A stretch of DNA of 64,000 nt, taken from positions 145,328,001 through 145,392,000 of the forward strand of contig OX597818.1 in NCBI GenBank assembly GCA_951406725.2, in the 5' to 3' direction. The first letter of the stretch is position 1. Each line of letters opens with the position of its first letter. Both the position numbers and the translations under genes were made by a program. Below are positions 41,470 through 56,030 of this stretch, one piece after another. Origin of the DNA: Octopus vulgaris. Taxonomy: Eukaryota. The notes under the pieces were generated by a model. That model saw only the letters and a program-made list of their open reading frames with translations. It was not told the DNA's origin and ran no database searches.

Positions 41470-41670
41470 TACTTATTTCGGTCATTGGACTACGGCTATT
41501 TTGAGGCTCTGTTTTGAAGGGTTTAGTCCAACACATCAACTCCAGCATTTACTTTTTTAGAGTCTAATACATAAGGTGCAGTCCATTTTACAGAATCTCT
41601 AAAATATAGAGACATGAACAAAACGTTACCGGATGTCAAGCGGTGGTGGGGAGAAACAAAAACACAAAGT
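41470..41670 (-). mobile_element. SINE family A 3' half, degenerate
   Basis: TTATTTCGGTCATTGGACTACGGC..GTCAAGCGGTGGTGGGG matches family A. Confidence 0.55.
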
Positions 41671-41824
41671 CGCACACACACACATTACATGTGTGTTAAA
41701 CAGGCTTCCATGCATTTTAACAAAGGTATATTCTTTTCACGATCATGCTTGCACCGACTTGCACGTACACAAATACACACATTCATGTACATTTACATAC
41801 ATACATACATACATATATACAAAA

Positions 41825-41932
41825 TTACCTTGTTGATGTTGAAAGTTCAATGAAGGAGCCTTGGATTTAGGTTAGAAACTGACTCTTTCTCTATTAGTAA
41901 GTAGTCTTGAAATAAAACTGAATGATAACATA
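41825..41932 (+). mobile_element. 3' tail of the (CATA)n-associated R4-like LINE family
   Basis: TGTTGATGTTGAAAGTTCAATGAAGGAGCCTTGGATTTAGGTTAGAAAC..GAAATAAAACTGAATGATAACATAC. Confidence 0.8.
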
Positions 41933-41952
41933 CAGACGTAAAGATATCCCCA

Positions 41953-42004
<52 letters not shown>

Positions 42005-42662
42005 CAATATCAAATCTCTGAGCGAGAAGTAAAGAGTAGCAACACGGAATCGTGAAGTATACTTGCCACCTAAATGTATGGGTCCACAAGGGGAGAGGTG
42101 GGGGGAAAGGGATATCAGTAAACCCGAAAATGAAGAGAAGAGAAGGCGAAAAATGTCCATTGATACTCTGACTGTGTGGGCCGGGTGGAAATGCAGGTCT
42201 TCGTGCCAAATCCACCTTACCGATCGATTACCGATGCCAAGTTCAGTGGAATGGCTCGGAGCAGAGCGATTCGGACTCAGTATCAAAGCTTGTCTGACGC
42301 ATTCCACATTTTCCGTGGTCCGTTCTGTTCATGGCGCCCCCATCAGTCTCCTATTCAATAGTGTACTTCGTGTACGAAGTGCATTCACCCAACGTAAGAT
42401 TGTGCTACGGATGGGAACAGCCTGACTTCGGTGAATGTTGAAGTAGCGCCCAAACTCATGCTGAACTGCTGTGACAAACTTGTTATTCTTCATGTAACTG
42501 TCGCAGCCAAACGAGTGATGCTCTGTCGTCCACAGCACAATGGCTTCACCTAAAAAGAAAAAAAAAAGGAGCTAAGACACTACGGACCGAATGGTATATG
42601 TTGGTGTTGGACATATGAGTAATAGCCGTTTCAAAAACTTCTGTCCTCTCTGCCCCACCCTG
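42005..42662 (-). mobile_element. Tc1/mariner-superfamily relic (DUF4817/Tc3-like transposase), internally deleted, one TIR
   Basis: Minus end TA|CAGGGTGGGGCAGA. Translation WTTEHHSF..VTAVQHEFGRYFNIHRSQAVPIRSTILRWVNALRTRST..RTTENVECVRQAL..SPNRS..LHFHP jumps directly to PAHTVRVSM..LSPC. Confidence 0.8.
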
Positions 42663-42690
42663 TACATACATACATACATACACACATACA

Positions 42691-42726
<36 letters not shown>

Positions 42727-42889
42727 TTTAATGTAGGATAATTTTTTTTTCGAACTAACCCTGAAATCGGTCCGATATGGTAATAATGGAATTTTTTAGA
42801 AATTTCTGTCGGCTTTTTTTCGAGTAGCGTGCGTATTGTGATAAATCATATGGTAATGGACAATATGTCCAATTTTTGGCATATTTGGC

Positions 42890-42971
<82 letters not shown>

Positions 42972-44228
42972 TAGATAGATAGATAGATCAATATATCAGG
43001 TAGCAATTTAATCAATCTCAATCAGTATTACTATCAGTATCACAATATTTCTACTCCTTCCCATCATCCATCTCTCGCAGTCTTTCTTTACTCTCCATCC
43101 GTTGCCCCTCCGCTTTATGCTTTCATTTCACTCAACCCCACCTTTTTCTGTTCACCAATCACCGATTCTTTTTATCCTTTTAGGATTTTCTCTTTATTGT
43201 TTAAAATTAGGATCTGTTTTAGGAGTGTAGGCATATATGAGATATATGCATGCATTTATTGATGCTTAATTATATACGCCCATAGACATATATACATATA
43301 TATATACATGTGCACATATATTCAAACATACGTGCGTATATGAGTTTGTGGAGGAAGTTAATTTGTATTTCAGTTCCAGTCAAACATGAAATTAGATACA
43401 CGCATGTATTTATGCAAACATTACACGAAGTTAATAGTGCATTACATCAGGATGAGACTCTTATATATATATATAAGACTGTCTGTGTGAGTGTGTAATT
43501 ATGTATGTAATTATATATGTATGCATGTATCTATCTATCTATTATCTATGTATACATACATACATATATACATACCTGCGTGCGTATATGGGCGAGGTTT
43601 ATTGCTCTCCTGTCGCTCAATCTCATCGTCCTATTCTATTAAAATGTTTTAATTCGAATTCAGAATAATTGTTTGTTTATGTGTCACGGTTTCAACTCAA
43701 TTCGCGAATAAAAGCCTTCTGTAATAAACAAACAATCGATATTCATATTTTTCCCACTCAAAAATTATATGGTTTATGTTGCATATTTCCTCGTGTACCT
43801 TCACCGAACAGACGTACGATCGATGGTATCCTTAATATTCAATTATATTTTACGGTGCTGTCATACTTTGGTCGCCTGGGTATATTACTGCAAGCAATAA
43901 CTCTTTACTCATTCGAGTGAAGAGTAAATGCTTGCGGAAATATGTCCGGGTGTAGATGTTTATGTGGAATTTCTGGAAAAAATTTGTCTGCAACCGTTTG
44001 AATGAGATGGGATTTGTTCCCTTTTTATGTGCCTTGGCATGGGTGGAGGGTCAGATGAAGTGAAATGATATTGTCTTAGTATTGTGATGTGACGCGAGCT
44101 CAATTTTTTGTACAAGACGAAGATTTGGATGAATTTTAAAGTTAATGCCATCTTCACCTGGGCAACGTTGCTGGAATATTTTCCGCATCATACAAATGAT
44201 ATAGCGATCACGGCATATCACATGCAAT

Positions 44229-44920
44229 ATCTATAATAATAAATGTCAAGTTTGTGTGTGTGGAATTGCTACTTCGATTCCTCCGAGACTATCCAATAGA
44301 CCTTGATGAAATTTGAAAGGTGTGTGGGGCTTATACCCATACGGTCATTCACGCATTTAAAATTTAAAAAAAAAATCGATTTTTAATCAGCATCGATTTT
44401 TCAGAAATCGTAACATTTTGGCATTATTCGCACTAACCATCGTGATTTCAATTTGACGAAAAATGTCGAAATTTTACGAAAAATGATTCATGCGTATAAA
44501 CAGACAGCTTATCAACGGTAAACTATTTAGCATTTACTAATTCTTCAATAAGAATTGGTTTGATTTGCTAAAATTTAGTATTTCAATTCGTTGTTTTAAT
44601 TCCCCAGCGTTTCAGATTAAAAAGAGGTAAGTGCATTTTATTTCTCAAACACAATTTAGGCATTTTGCGCACTAGCAGTCGTGATATCAATTTGAGGAAA
44701 TTTCGCCATTTTACGCACATGCTCAAAAAGGACGACGACACGGGTTCGCTACCAGACTGCTCATTTTTTCGTCAAATTAGTCCTACCAATTAATATAGAT
44801 TTAAAATTTTTGAAAAATGTCAAAATTTGACGAAAACAGTTTCATGGTTATAAACAAACTTCTTATTAACGGTAATTTATTTACTATTGTTTTGATTTGT
44901 TAAAACTTGTTATTTCAAGT
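44229..44920 (+). mobile_element. Probable non-autonomous Helitron-like element with internal subrepeats
   Basis: Starts A|TCTATAATAATAAA..GTGTGTGTG..GATGAAATTTG. Internal repeats at about 44420/44660 and 44455/44815. The 3' end is not clearly defined. Confidence 0.5.
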
Positions 44921-45942
44921 TGTATATATATATATATGAGAGTAGTATAGAATTTATCTTTCTTTTAAAATGAAAACAATATGAGTTTTATTTTAATAAT
45001 TCTGGGTTAGAACCCCTTCTTCAGATAATCTTCAAAGATACAGCTTGTATTGGTCCTTATAACGCGCAGTTTTCGCTTTAATATTATATTCCATGTGACA
45101 CGCTTGAACAACTGTGACGGTCAATTTACGCGAAACCATTGGTTGCCTTGTTAACCCACAAATGATACACACACGCATACGCGCGCACGCTCCATATACG
45201 CCACACACACACATTAAAATGGTTAAGAAATTCGTTTCTCAGTTGCAATTGATAGTAGTTAAAATTGGGTCAGCGCAAAAAAAAAAAATTGTCGAATGGA
45301 CCATACCAATAATTCTTAGTGCTGATCTTTCCATGGGTTCTTACATCCCTCTCTTTTATTCTATATCTCCCTTACTGTCACTCTGTCATGCAGTTTCCCC
45401 ACTGTCATTCTTTTTCTTTCTATCTCTTAGTATTTATTAAATCCGCTAGTTATTTCCACATCAAGTTCTCTATGCATTTTGATTAGAAAAATTTAGCAAA
45501 CAAATTAATGTTTGGCAAATAATCGACAGAATTAGTAAAGGAACGATGAACGAATGCTGTTGGAAGAATCAATTGAGCGAGAATAAATATCTAAATATAA
45601 TTAAGTTGAAATTTAAAACTAAAGTCTGAGTTTGAACAAAATAAACATTTCTATGTCCTGGGAGAATCATCTTTTTTATGTTTCGTAAATAAACTACAAA
45701 GTAATTTATTTGGAATTAGACTTTGTGACGGCAAAAGGAAGTACTCAATACTGTTACGTAGAACTGAATAATATTTTTCAAGGGTGCTTCTGTTAGCGTT
45801 GCTAAGCGATGGAAACTTGGCTATGAAGGTATATACGTTTATAAGTGATCATAGGTTTACAGATTTAACACCGCTTAACAATAGCCAAAACTACAATTTT
45901 CCTCCACTTCAGCAATACTGCATCCAACCATTCTCCAAATTA

Positions 45943-46002
<60 letters not shown>

Positions 46003-46003
<1 letters not shown>

Positions 46004-46326
46004 TTTTTTTTTCTTCTTTCAAATTTGCTTCCATTTCTTTCCGAGTGTCTTCCCGAATCCTAGGGCAAAGAAACTCATAGTATACATTGGTAGGCCATTA
46101 AACCAAACTCAGTAGTTCGTTCATTTTTTTTTTTTAAGTTAAATTAAAATACATGAGCAGCAACAGTTCTCACATCGACAATGCTCTTCTCAATACGTGT
46201 GATGTACCAGTTAAGACAATCTTTTGCACTTCTTGCAGGGATGGTAAGCCAGGGATCATTCTCATATAATTTTCGGTTCCCTTCTTGATCATTCCTAGTG
46301 CTCCTACGATCACTGGTATTGTAACC
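46003..46326 (-). mobile_element. R4/Dong-type LINE 3' end in (TAA)n
   Basis: VTIPVIVGALGMIKKGTENYMRMIPGLPSLQEVQKIVLTGTSHVLRRALSM*, with (TTA)n on both sides. Confidence 0.85.
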
Positions 46327-47067
<741 letters not shown>

Positions 47068-47094
47068 TAAGAAATTATTATTATTATTATTATT

Positions 47095-47139
<45 letters not shown>

Positions 47140-47189
47140 ATTATTATTATAATGTTACTGCATGCAAATTTTGTTGGCAGGTATTTTAT

Positions 47190-48850
47190 CTTGATGTTTG
47201 GTGACAACAGATCTCAAATCTCAGGAATCTCCCTTAGGATTCTTGAAGAGTATACGATGATACTTTTCTGCAGATAAACAGCGGGAGTTCCAATCTCTTT
47301 TCGTCCTTTAGGTAGCATTTTGGGTTTTATGCTAAGTGCACAAATTACTACATGCATAATTATTGTCTTGGTCTTCCACAGGTCCCCCAGCTCTCAGGCT
47401 AGATCATGATATTTCTCATTTATTCTTTTAATTTCTTTGCTGTCGACTCTGCTATTATAGGGAATTGCAAAATCTATGATCTTACACTTTATTTCGTCCT
47501 CTGTGATCATATCTGGTCTTCTTGCTTCAACAATATGGTCAGTCTTTATGAAGAAATCCCACAAGATCTTGTAATTCTCATTTTCTGTCACAACCTCTGG
47601 TTCGTGTTCACACCACTTTTCTGTTGTTTGGAAGCTACGCACCGGCTAATATTCCGATTTACTTTTTTGTCTACACAGTCATATCCGCGTTTATACTCCT
47701 TTTGTGCTACTATACTGCACCCACTCAAAAGGTGATTGATACCTTTGTCTCCTTTCCTGCAGATTCTTCATTTTCTGTCTGAGTTGTCGATGTTTACTTT
47801 TCTCAGGTTTTTACGCAGGGCCTTTGCTCTTTGAATATTCCTACAGTTTCGATTACTTTTTGTGCATCTATAGCTGCCGAAATTATTCTTTCTTTACTCT
47901 GCACAGCGTAATTTTTCAGACCCAGTATAATAGTATCAAAAGTGTCTCCTGCCTTTAGGAATCCTCTGTAACCTTCTTTTCTTGGTAGGTAGAGTCAGAT
48001 ACCATTGCTTTTAGAGTGGAGTGCGTAGTGCATTATGAGTAGCTTTCTAGTACTTCCATGCAAGTTCTGTAGCTTGACACTTATCCATTTCAGAAAGGAA
48101 CCGAATATCTCAGTACAGTTGTAGTAAATATTTTAATGGCTTGAAAAGTACTCCGCCATTTAATTATGTTTCGAGCACTTTCCTAATTCTTCTCTAATGC
48201 TCTTTAGTGACTTTCTCTCACATCTTTCCTTCCATTGTGCTATCGTCTTGCAGTACTCCTAGATATTTGTACTCTTCCTTATTCCACAGCGATCTCATGA
48301 TATTATCTTATGATAATTTTATGCTATCGATCTCTTTTCATAATTAGTACTGCACATTTATTTACCCAAACTGCATAGCGATATTTTTATTGAATACTCT
48401 CATTGTTGAATCTAAGAGTCTAAGTCTGTCACATTTTTGCATACAGCTTAAAGTCATCCATATAAAGTAGGTGATTTATTCCCATCTTGAATTTGATAAA
48501 CTCATAGGAAGCCTGGATTGTCTTAGTATAATTGTCTGGCAGATTAGCGCAATAACGAAGAATAATGAAGAGAGTGAGTCTCTCTGGAAATGCTCTATAA
48601 TTGCTGACTTGCCCTCAAATTTCTTTGTCCTTCTGTATCAGCACTGTCCTTCTTTTTGCTATCCATGTTGGGGGCTCCATTTTCTATGCAATCAGTAAAA
48701 AAATAGTCATACATAATTGTGTATACTTGGGAGATTCTTGAACCAGAAACCCTGTACACCATTTGCTCCGGGGGCTTTCCATTTGGGTAATTTCTTAATC
48801 ATATCTTACTTTCTTATCCGTGATTATATTTTTTTGTGTCATTTCAACTT
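47190..48850 (-). mobile_element. R4/Dong-type LINE relic including RT motifs
   Basis: WKAPGANGVQGFWFK, FQRDSLSSLFFVIAL, NHLLYMDDFKLYA, YKYLGVL, HYALHSKSN, KILWDFFIKTDHIVEARRPD..IIDFAIPYN. Confidence 0.88.
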
Positions 48851-49539
48851 CCATTTGCAGTTCAAAGTGACTGATAACCATTTACGTCCATTAAACTTTC
48901 AATAAATAGTGGCTAGGATGTTAACGTTTCACATTATCAAACCAGCATCATATTTTGTTTAAATGCATTGATAAGCGAGCTAATATAGGATATTCTCCAA
49001 ATACAATCCAATGGTCCTTCGAATAGAACCATACTGTCCTTAAATGAAAGGAAGCACAATCTGGCCTAAATATATTGAAACATGAGGCAGTTACGATTAG
49101 AATGCTTGCCATCATAGGTATACACATCAGGGCTAACTTGAAGCTAAGTAATAACATATATTGATGTATTATGCAGCTTTCTGAATATCTTCCACATTCT
49201 CGATTTACATAAGATTTTTACATTTCCCATTAAAGACTTTCTATGCGATGTAAAAACAAAAGCAAAACACACAGAGAAAGCAACAACTCTTGAATTAATG
49301 GAAATTTTTTTGAATAACGAGATATTTATTGGAAATCAATTATATTTCTATGAATAAATCAACAACAGCTTCTTCTATTTGTTGTGTGTAAAGGAGTAGA
49401 GAGGCGGCTGGAATTACTTCAAATCGTAGTCTTTGTGACGAGATGTGCGTGACCTTATCAAGATTATGAAATATAAAATATAATAAAATAAAAAAATGAG
49501 GATTTGTGAACATTTACTGCGTAATAGATAATTTGGACC

Positions 49540-49608
49540 ATGCTGTTGTTGCTATTTAGCCCCACATCAACTTGATTGAATAGATTCCATGATCAAAAGC
49601 ATTCCAGC

Positions 49609-49657
<49 letters not shown>

Positions 49658-50005
49658 TTTGTTCGTGACAGTCTATCTTGGAATGCATTATGTTATTTGC
49701 TCTTCCATTATTTTAAGACAGACGTGTGAAGATATCCGACTTGGTTGCTATGTCTAGAAAGTCGATGACAACGTAGTTATTGTTCTTGTTGGCGCCAGTG
49801 TTCTTGTGATGGTCTCGACCAGGGTCAGCTCTATCTACCTGGACCTATGATCAAATGCATTTCAATCACGACTATTCCATCTTTTTTTGCAATTCTTGCA
49901 TAACCCTGGATAGCATTCTCTCATGTACACTTTCCATTATTAAGACGATAAGGTGTGATATGAAACAGCTTTAACTGCTATTAATAGCAAACCTAGCAAG
50001 TAAGT
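49540..50005 (-). mobile_element. Two adjacent copies of an ancient dispersed repeat (SINE-tail-like)
   Basis: Shared TTTAGCCCC../ATGATCAAA.GCATT.CA..CA..TTAAGAC..GTGTGA..GCTA motifs. Related pieces near 31650-31730, 40630-40800, 56165-56365 and 62105-62240. Confidence 0.5.
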
Positions 50006-50285
50006 GCAGTGTCCCCAATTAACTCTTACTTTCGTCGAAAATTCTCAGGTATGTGACTTCCTTTTCCAGTTGATAAGGCCAATAATGATATCTATATGAA
50101 CCATAATTATATAATAAATCATGTAGTATAAATCGATATATCAAGATATATCAAATTTTACGTACTGTCATTATAAGCGAGTATTGTATATTTTTTGGTG
50201 CTTCAATGAATTCTTGAACAACAAACACATTGTGTATGTATGGACACACACACACACACACACATACGTATGCGCGCAAATATAA

Positions 50286-50329
<44 letters not shown>

Positions 50330-50584
50330 GAGACGGAAAATGGATTACACGGGAAACTTTATTGCTGACAATGATTATTCCGACGACTTCCTATATCGAT
50401 CCCGCGCAGGTTAGAAAATATACAACTAGTTGTGATGCATCTCTTGGTGCAGAAGCATCTCGTCAGGTGTGTAAGAAGGAGTATCTCGTTACATGAACTC
50501 TATTTCGTTTCGACTTAATACAGCGTGCTTTTCGTAACCGTATGTATGTATGTATGTATGTATGTATGTATGTATGTATGTATG

Positions 50585-50657
<73 letters not shown>

Positions 50658-51214
50658 GTCTATATATATTTATTTGAATAAATATATATGTGCATATTTA
50701 TGTTCACACACATATACATTAATAAGGTAACAATTTAGAATATATTGATAATACATTTTAAATAGTGCAAGCATTATCTGCTACAAAGCTCAATATGGTG
50801 GGTAGAGTGCATAGATATTTAGTTATTATTCATACCAAAGTATACTCGGAGTTTCAGCCTTAACTGAGCTGTTGACGACTGCAGGCAATGGGTAATTCTT
50901 TAATACTTGTTCGGTTGTTTTTTCATACACATAATTATACATGAAAATAAACTTTAATATATAATATATATATATATATATAGGTATCGAGAGATAGTGA
51001 AAGAGAGAGGGAGAGGGAGAGAGAGAGAGAGGGAGATGGAAAGCGGTCACGTGTCGCAATGTAAATTTGTTTATTTCTGTGCTCGTACAGGATTACATCG
51101 TAAAGTGATACCATCAAACAAAATTACGAGTAGTAGTAGCAGCAGCAGCAGTAGTAGAAGTTCTGCGTTCTGTTACTATTGACTATGCACACCATGAATG
51201 TTGTTAATGTGACA

Positions 51215-51497
51215 TATGTATGTATGTATGTGTGTATGTATGTATGTATCTATGTATGTATATCTGTATGTATGCATGTATTCAGGTATGTTTGTATGTA
51301 TGTATATATGTATGTATGTATGTCTGTATGTATGTATGTATGTACGTATGTATGTATGTATGTATGTATGTATGTATGTATGTATGTCTGTATGTATGTA
51401 TGTATGTATGTATGTATGTATGTATGTATGTATGTATGTATATAGATGGACATATATACACCTAAAATCAGTTTCAGTCGTGCTAATCTGGCATGGA

Positions 51498-51588
<91 letters not shown>

Positions 51589-51635
51589 ATACGCATGCAC
51601 ACACACATACACATGCGCACACACACACTCATACA
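51215..51635. repeat. (TATG)n followed by (CA)n microsatellites
   Basis: Direct inspection. Confidence 0.9.
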
Positions 51636-51999
51636 CGAGCAGAATATCCACTAATTCCAGAATGTCTATCAAGAATGCACACCTCTTCTAAATCCAACAG
51701 CCACCATTGTGCAGTTTTGAAGTCTCTTTCTCCAAACTTCTATGACATGCAGTTTACTCTGTGAACTCGCTCAAAGCCGATCATCTGACCTATCCTATGT
51801 AGCCAATCTGGATTATATTAACGCAAGGTTTCTGACGTCTTGTAAATAATAGTTTCTTCAAGGGATTATCAGATAAGCGTACTATTCATGTCATCTGATG
51901 TGCTGAAGATCTACACCATATCCGCAATTTCAAAGAGATTTTCAAAACTAGAGTATATTTTAGTGGGGTAAAAATTACAACAAAAACGACAACAACAGT

Positions 52000-52099
<100 letters not shown>

Positions 52100-52499
52100 G
52101 TTTCAAATTTTGGCACAAGACAAGTAGAAATTTGAGGGACAGACAAGTGGATGAGATCGACCCCAGTACTCTGAATCTACTTTGTCCTATTATCCTTTTA
52201 TATATATATATATATATATATATGTATTTGTGTATGTGTGTGTGTGTGTGTAAGTGTTTGTGTATGCATATATATATTATTTTAACAGCCAAGGGAAATA
52301 ACCCATTTATTTTCCTAAATTATTTGGTAAAAATGAAACTAACTATGCTCATTTCTTAGTATTTGAACTGTTAGAGTTATTTTCGCAACTTATAATGTAC
52401 AACCCTTAAAGAAGTAAATAGTATTTTCTTAAGCAATAGATCCACTTATTTCGGTTAGTGACTTATTCACGAATACACCAACACTAGCACCCTTGAAGG

Positions 52500-52870
52500 T
52501 AATATTCTTTGGGAACGCACAAAAGCCCTTTTCAGAGTTATTTACTTTGAATTGTTATTATCTCATATCTGAATAGCCTGTTATTACGTAACATGCTTCA
52601 CGATTTTAGTATACTTACTTTATTAGTATTTCCTCCTATGTTCTATACACTCTGGGAACGCATTCAAGCACTTTTGGGGTCTACTTTATTTGAATTCTTA
52701 CTCTCGGGTAACTAATTTCATGTTATTACATAAGTGACTTCACAGTTTCGGTATTCATAACTTCTTGAGAATTCCTAAAAGCAAGATCCTGTGTAAGACA
52801 GTTCAGCATTCTCTGTGAATGCACAAAAACCGTTTCAAGGACTACATACTTTGTATTGTTGTTATTGGAT
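52500..52870. repeat. Degenerate tandem repeat, three units of about 145-160 bp
   Basis: CT.TGGGAACGCA..AAGC.CTTTT...TTTGAATT.TT recurs near 52507, 52650 and 52811. Confidence 0.65.
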
Positions 52871-52952
52871 TAGCGAAACAATTATGAGATCGGACCCAAC
52901 CGATAAGCCCCTCATTCCTGGGAATTACCGAGTTTGTCAGCTAGTATATATA

Positions 52953-53773
52953 TGGCTAAAATTAAACGTGTAACACACTGATTGGTGTATATATATATAC
53001 ATCTATCAGTGTGTTACAGGAGTGGCTGTGTGGTAAGTAGCTTGCTAACCAACCACATGGTTCCGGGTCCAGTCCCACTGCGTGGCATCTTGGGCAAGTG
53101 TCTTCTGCTATAGCCCCGGGCCGACCAATGCCTTGTGAGTGGATTTGGTAGACGGAAACTGAAAGAAGCCTGTCGTATATGTCTATATATATATATATGT
53201 GTGTGCGTGTGTGTGTTTGTGTGTCTGTGTCTGTCCCCCTAGCATTGCTTGACAACCGATGCTGGTGTGTTTACGTCCCCGTCACCTAGCGGTTCGGCAA
53301 AGAGACCGATAAAATTAGTACTGGCCTTACAAAGAATAGATGACTGCCCACACGGAGTCCATTTTTATCGCTATGGACTCCGTGTGGGCGGTCATCTAAG
53401 AGTTTTTGTTCATCTTGATGCTGACATAAGTTCTTTGTTTTTCCCGATGAGAAGGCGGCATAATGCACCCCTTATTCCTTCGAAATTAGGAATATGCAGC
53501 CTTCGAAACATATGTCGAGAATAAAGGAATTTTGTTAAATCGTCGTTCAACTCCATTCTTTCATTTATTTGTATTAAAAAACACACACAAATTTCCACAC
53601 GAAAGCACGTGATCTCTGCCCTTGGCATGTAGCTTCAACCGTGTTTTTCTGACGTGAATTTGCTACCCAGGTATCGGTTAACCGAATTATCCATAGTAAG
53701 ATCATTCATTCAACTACTTATATATATATATACATATATACCTATCAGTGTGTTACGCGCTAAATTTTGGCCG
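52953..53773. mobile_element. TA-flanked TIR element (MITE or deleted Tc1/mariner) containing a SINE
   Basis: Left TGGCTAAAATTAAACGTGTAACACACTGATTGGTGTATAT versus right reverse complement CGGCCAAAATTTAGCGCGTAACACACTGATAGGTATATAT (33/40 identical). TA on both sides. Confidence 0.75.
53017..53338 (+). mobile_element. SINE family A, 3'-truncated
   Basis: CAGGAGTGGCTGTGTGGTAAGTAGCTTGCT..CCACTGCGTGGCATCTTGGGCAAGTGTCTTCT..CTTACAAAGAATA, collinear with 6917-7336 but lacking the tail. Confidence 0.9.
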
Positions 53774-54589
53774 TAGACTTTATTCCTGATAACCGAATAT
53801 ATAAATACAATGGTTGATATTTTACACCTTCTTGATTTCATGCTCAATGAATAGTAATGAAACGAAAACTAATTTCCAACAAGAACAAATTTATTAAATT
53901 GAAATAAAAGGAATGATGCAAATACTCATTTTTACAAGTGCAACTGAGAGCACTTTATAATTATCCATTTATATACACTTCTCTAATGCTAAACAATAAC
54001 ATCGAAGGTGTATTCCGAATAGTACCTGTTATATGACAGGTAATATTCAGTGAGCCACTTGTACCTACGGAAGACATATCTATAAATCAAATAAGTTCAC
54101 ACTTATCTCCCTTAGGGGGCAGGCAAGTAGAAAATGGTAGATGTGTTGCCAATTATATTAACATATGTACAAATATATAGAATATATATGTGTCTGTATA
54201 GGTGTATGTTCACGGGCGCACAAGCATACATACATACAGATACAGATGTGTGTATATGCCGTATGTCTGTGATTTTGTGACACAGGGCGAGACAGAAATA
54301 GAGTGGTTAAAGGAAGACATGTTGTCAGTGGTTTTCTCTACGAAGTAAAAGGGTGATATTGGATACTCGCCCCCGCTCTTATGTTTTATTAAGAATGAAA
54401 TTAAGGATATAGCAATTCTCAATAGATATTATGCACTGTAGCGGAAAATACAACGATTTTTTGGTCATACAGAAATATTAAGCAGGGCCAGCAGTAGAGA
54501 TTCTGAATTCACCAACCGTATCTAACACTAAACATAAAAGATAACAACTATTAGATTCTAGAAAACAAAATGAGAATATAACAGTAAAA

Positions 54590-54633
54590 CAACAACAACA
54601 ACAACAATAACAATAACAATAATATTTATAATG

Positions 54634-54722
<89 letters not shown>
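54590..54722. repeat. (CAA)n/(TAA)n microsatellite
   Basis: Direct inspection. Confidence 0.9.
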
Positions 54723-54726
<4 letters not shown>

Positions 54727-55732
54727 AAAAAGAGGAAAAATATCTAAAAATGTAGAAGCAATAAAGCGACCAGTTCCTTATTGGGGATGCTAGGACGCTG
54801 ATGGTCGCTTGGTGTTGGTGGAGTGGAAGGAGTGTGTTTATTTTGAGCTTTGGTATTACGATAAATTCGCAAACGGTTCACCTCTTTAATTTCTGGTTAC
54901 TGATGAGAAATGATAAGAGTCTAACCGAGACAATATATTGAATAGAATTACGAAAGAAGAAAAAAAGTAGATAGACTTACTTGGAAAAGGACGAAGTGAC
55001 GTCATTGATAGCAAATATTGTTGAAGTTAAACAAGACTTAGAGCCAAGCTTCACCATCAGGCTTGTGTTCCAAATATAGGGGCTAATTCCTGGAAATATA
55101 CGTTAATTCTGTAATAAATGAATTGAAATCAAATCACTCTGAAAGCATATCTTCCCTTTGGGGTTCTTGAAATTGTTTCCTAATTTTATCCACCCATCTC
55201 GGATTTTGGCTTCTGCTTCTCCCTCTCACAGTTCCAGTGTAAATTAAGATATTGGCGTAAGTTCCAGTCAAGTAATTCATTGGAATTCATAATCCCTTTG
55301 GTCCCCCGGATGTTAATGTCGTTTCGCTCTCCAGGATCTCATCTGCCTTTACCAAGTATTATTTCTTACTCTACTGGGCGCCCACACACTATACTCTCAG
55401 GGAAAGCTTGGTAACAGAAAATTTAGTCACAGACCAATCAACCACGAGGAGGCAGTACTAAATCACGTGATAACCATTAATAAGTTTCTATCAATCTGTG
55501 ATGGAATTAAAGCATGAGCTCATGTAACAATTGTTAAAGCTTAATGACTAATTCTGAATCTTCAATTTCCTTCCCTGTTGATTATCTTTATTCTCCATTC
55601 CTTTAGCAGATGAGGAGTCACATCTTCCATTTCCCTTCAATGGGACACAGATGTATTGTCTGTTGGTTTCGAGTATTAATTTGTGAAGAATGGACTTAAA
55701 CATGGCAAGCCAACGAACCACTCGTCATTTCT

Positions 55733-56030
55733 AAAGAGCGTAGCTCGGCGGTTAGGTTATTCGAGTCATAATCGTGAGCTCGATATCCGGTGTGTCCTTG
55801 AGCAAGATACTTTATTTCACGTTTCTCCAGATCACTCAACTGGCAAAAATGAGTCGTACATGTATATCAAAAGACCAACATTGTCCCATTCTTTATCATG
55901 CTGAATCTCTCCGAGAACTATATTGAGGATTACGCATGTCTTGTGGATTGCCTAGCCACTTGCACATTAATTTCACGAGCAGGCTCTTCCATTCATCGGA
56001 TCAACTGGAACATCGTGTGGTGACCGACAG
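55733..56030 (+). mobile_element. tRNA-derived SINE family D, degenerate
   Basis: GCGTAGCTCGGCGGTTAGG A-box-like head, then a TGTGTCCTTGAGCAAGATACTTTA..CACTCAACTGGCAAAAATGAGT core typical of SINE central domains. Confidence 0.65.

Noticed and set aside
44995-45030. Minus-strand CTGAAGAAGGG..CCC hammerhead-like start
   Set aside because: The GAAA core and stem III are absent.
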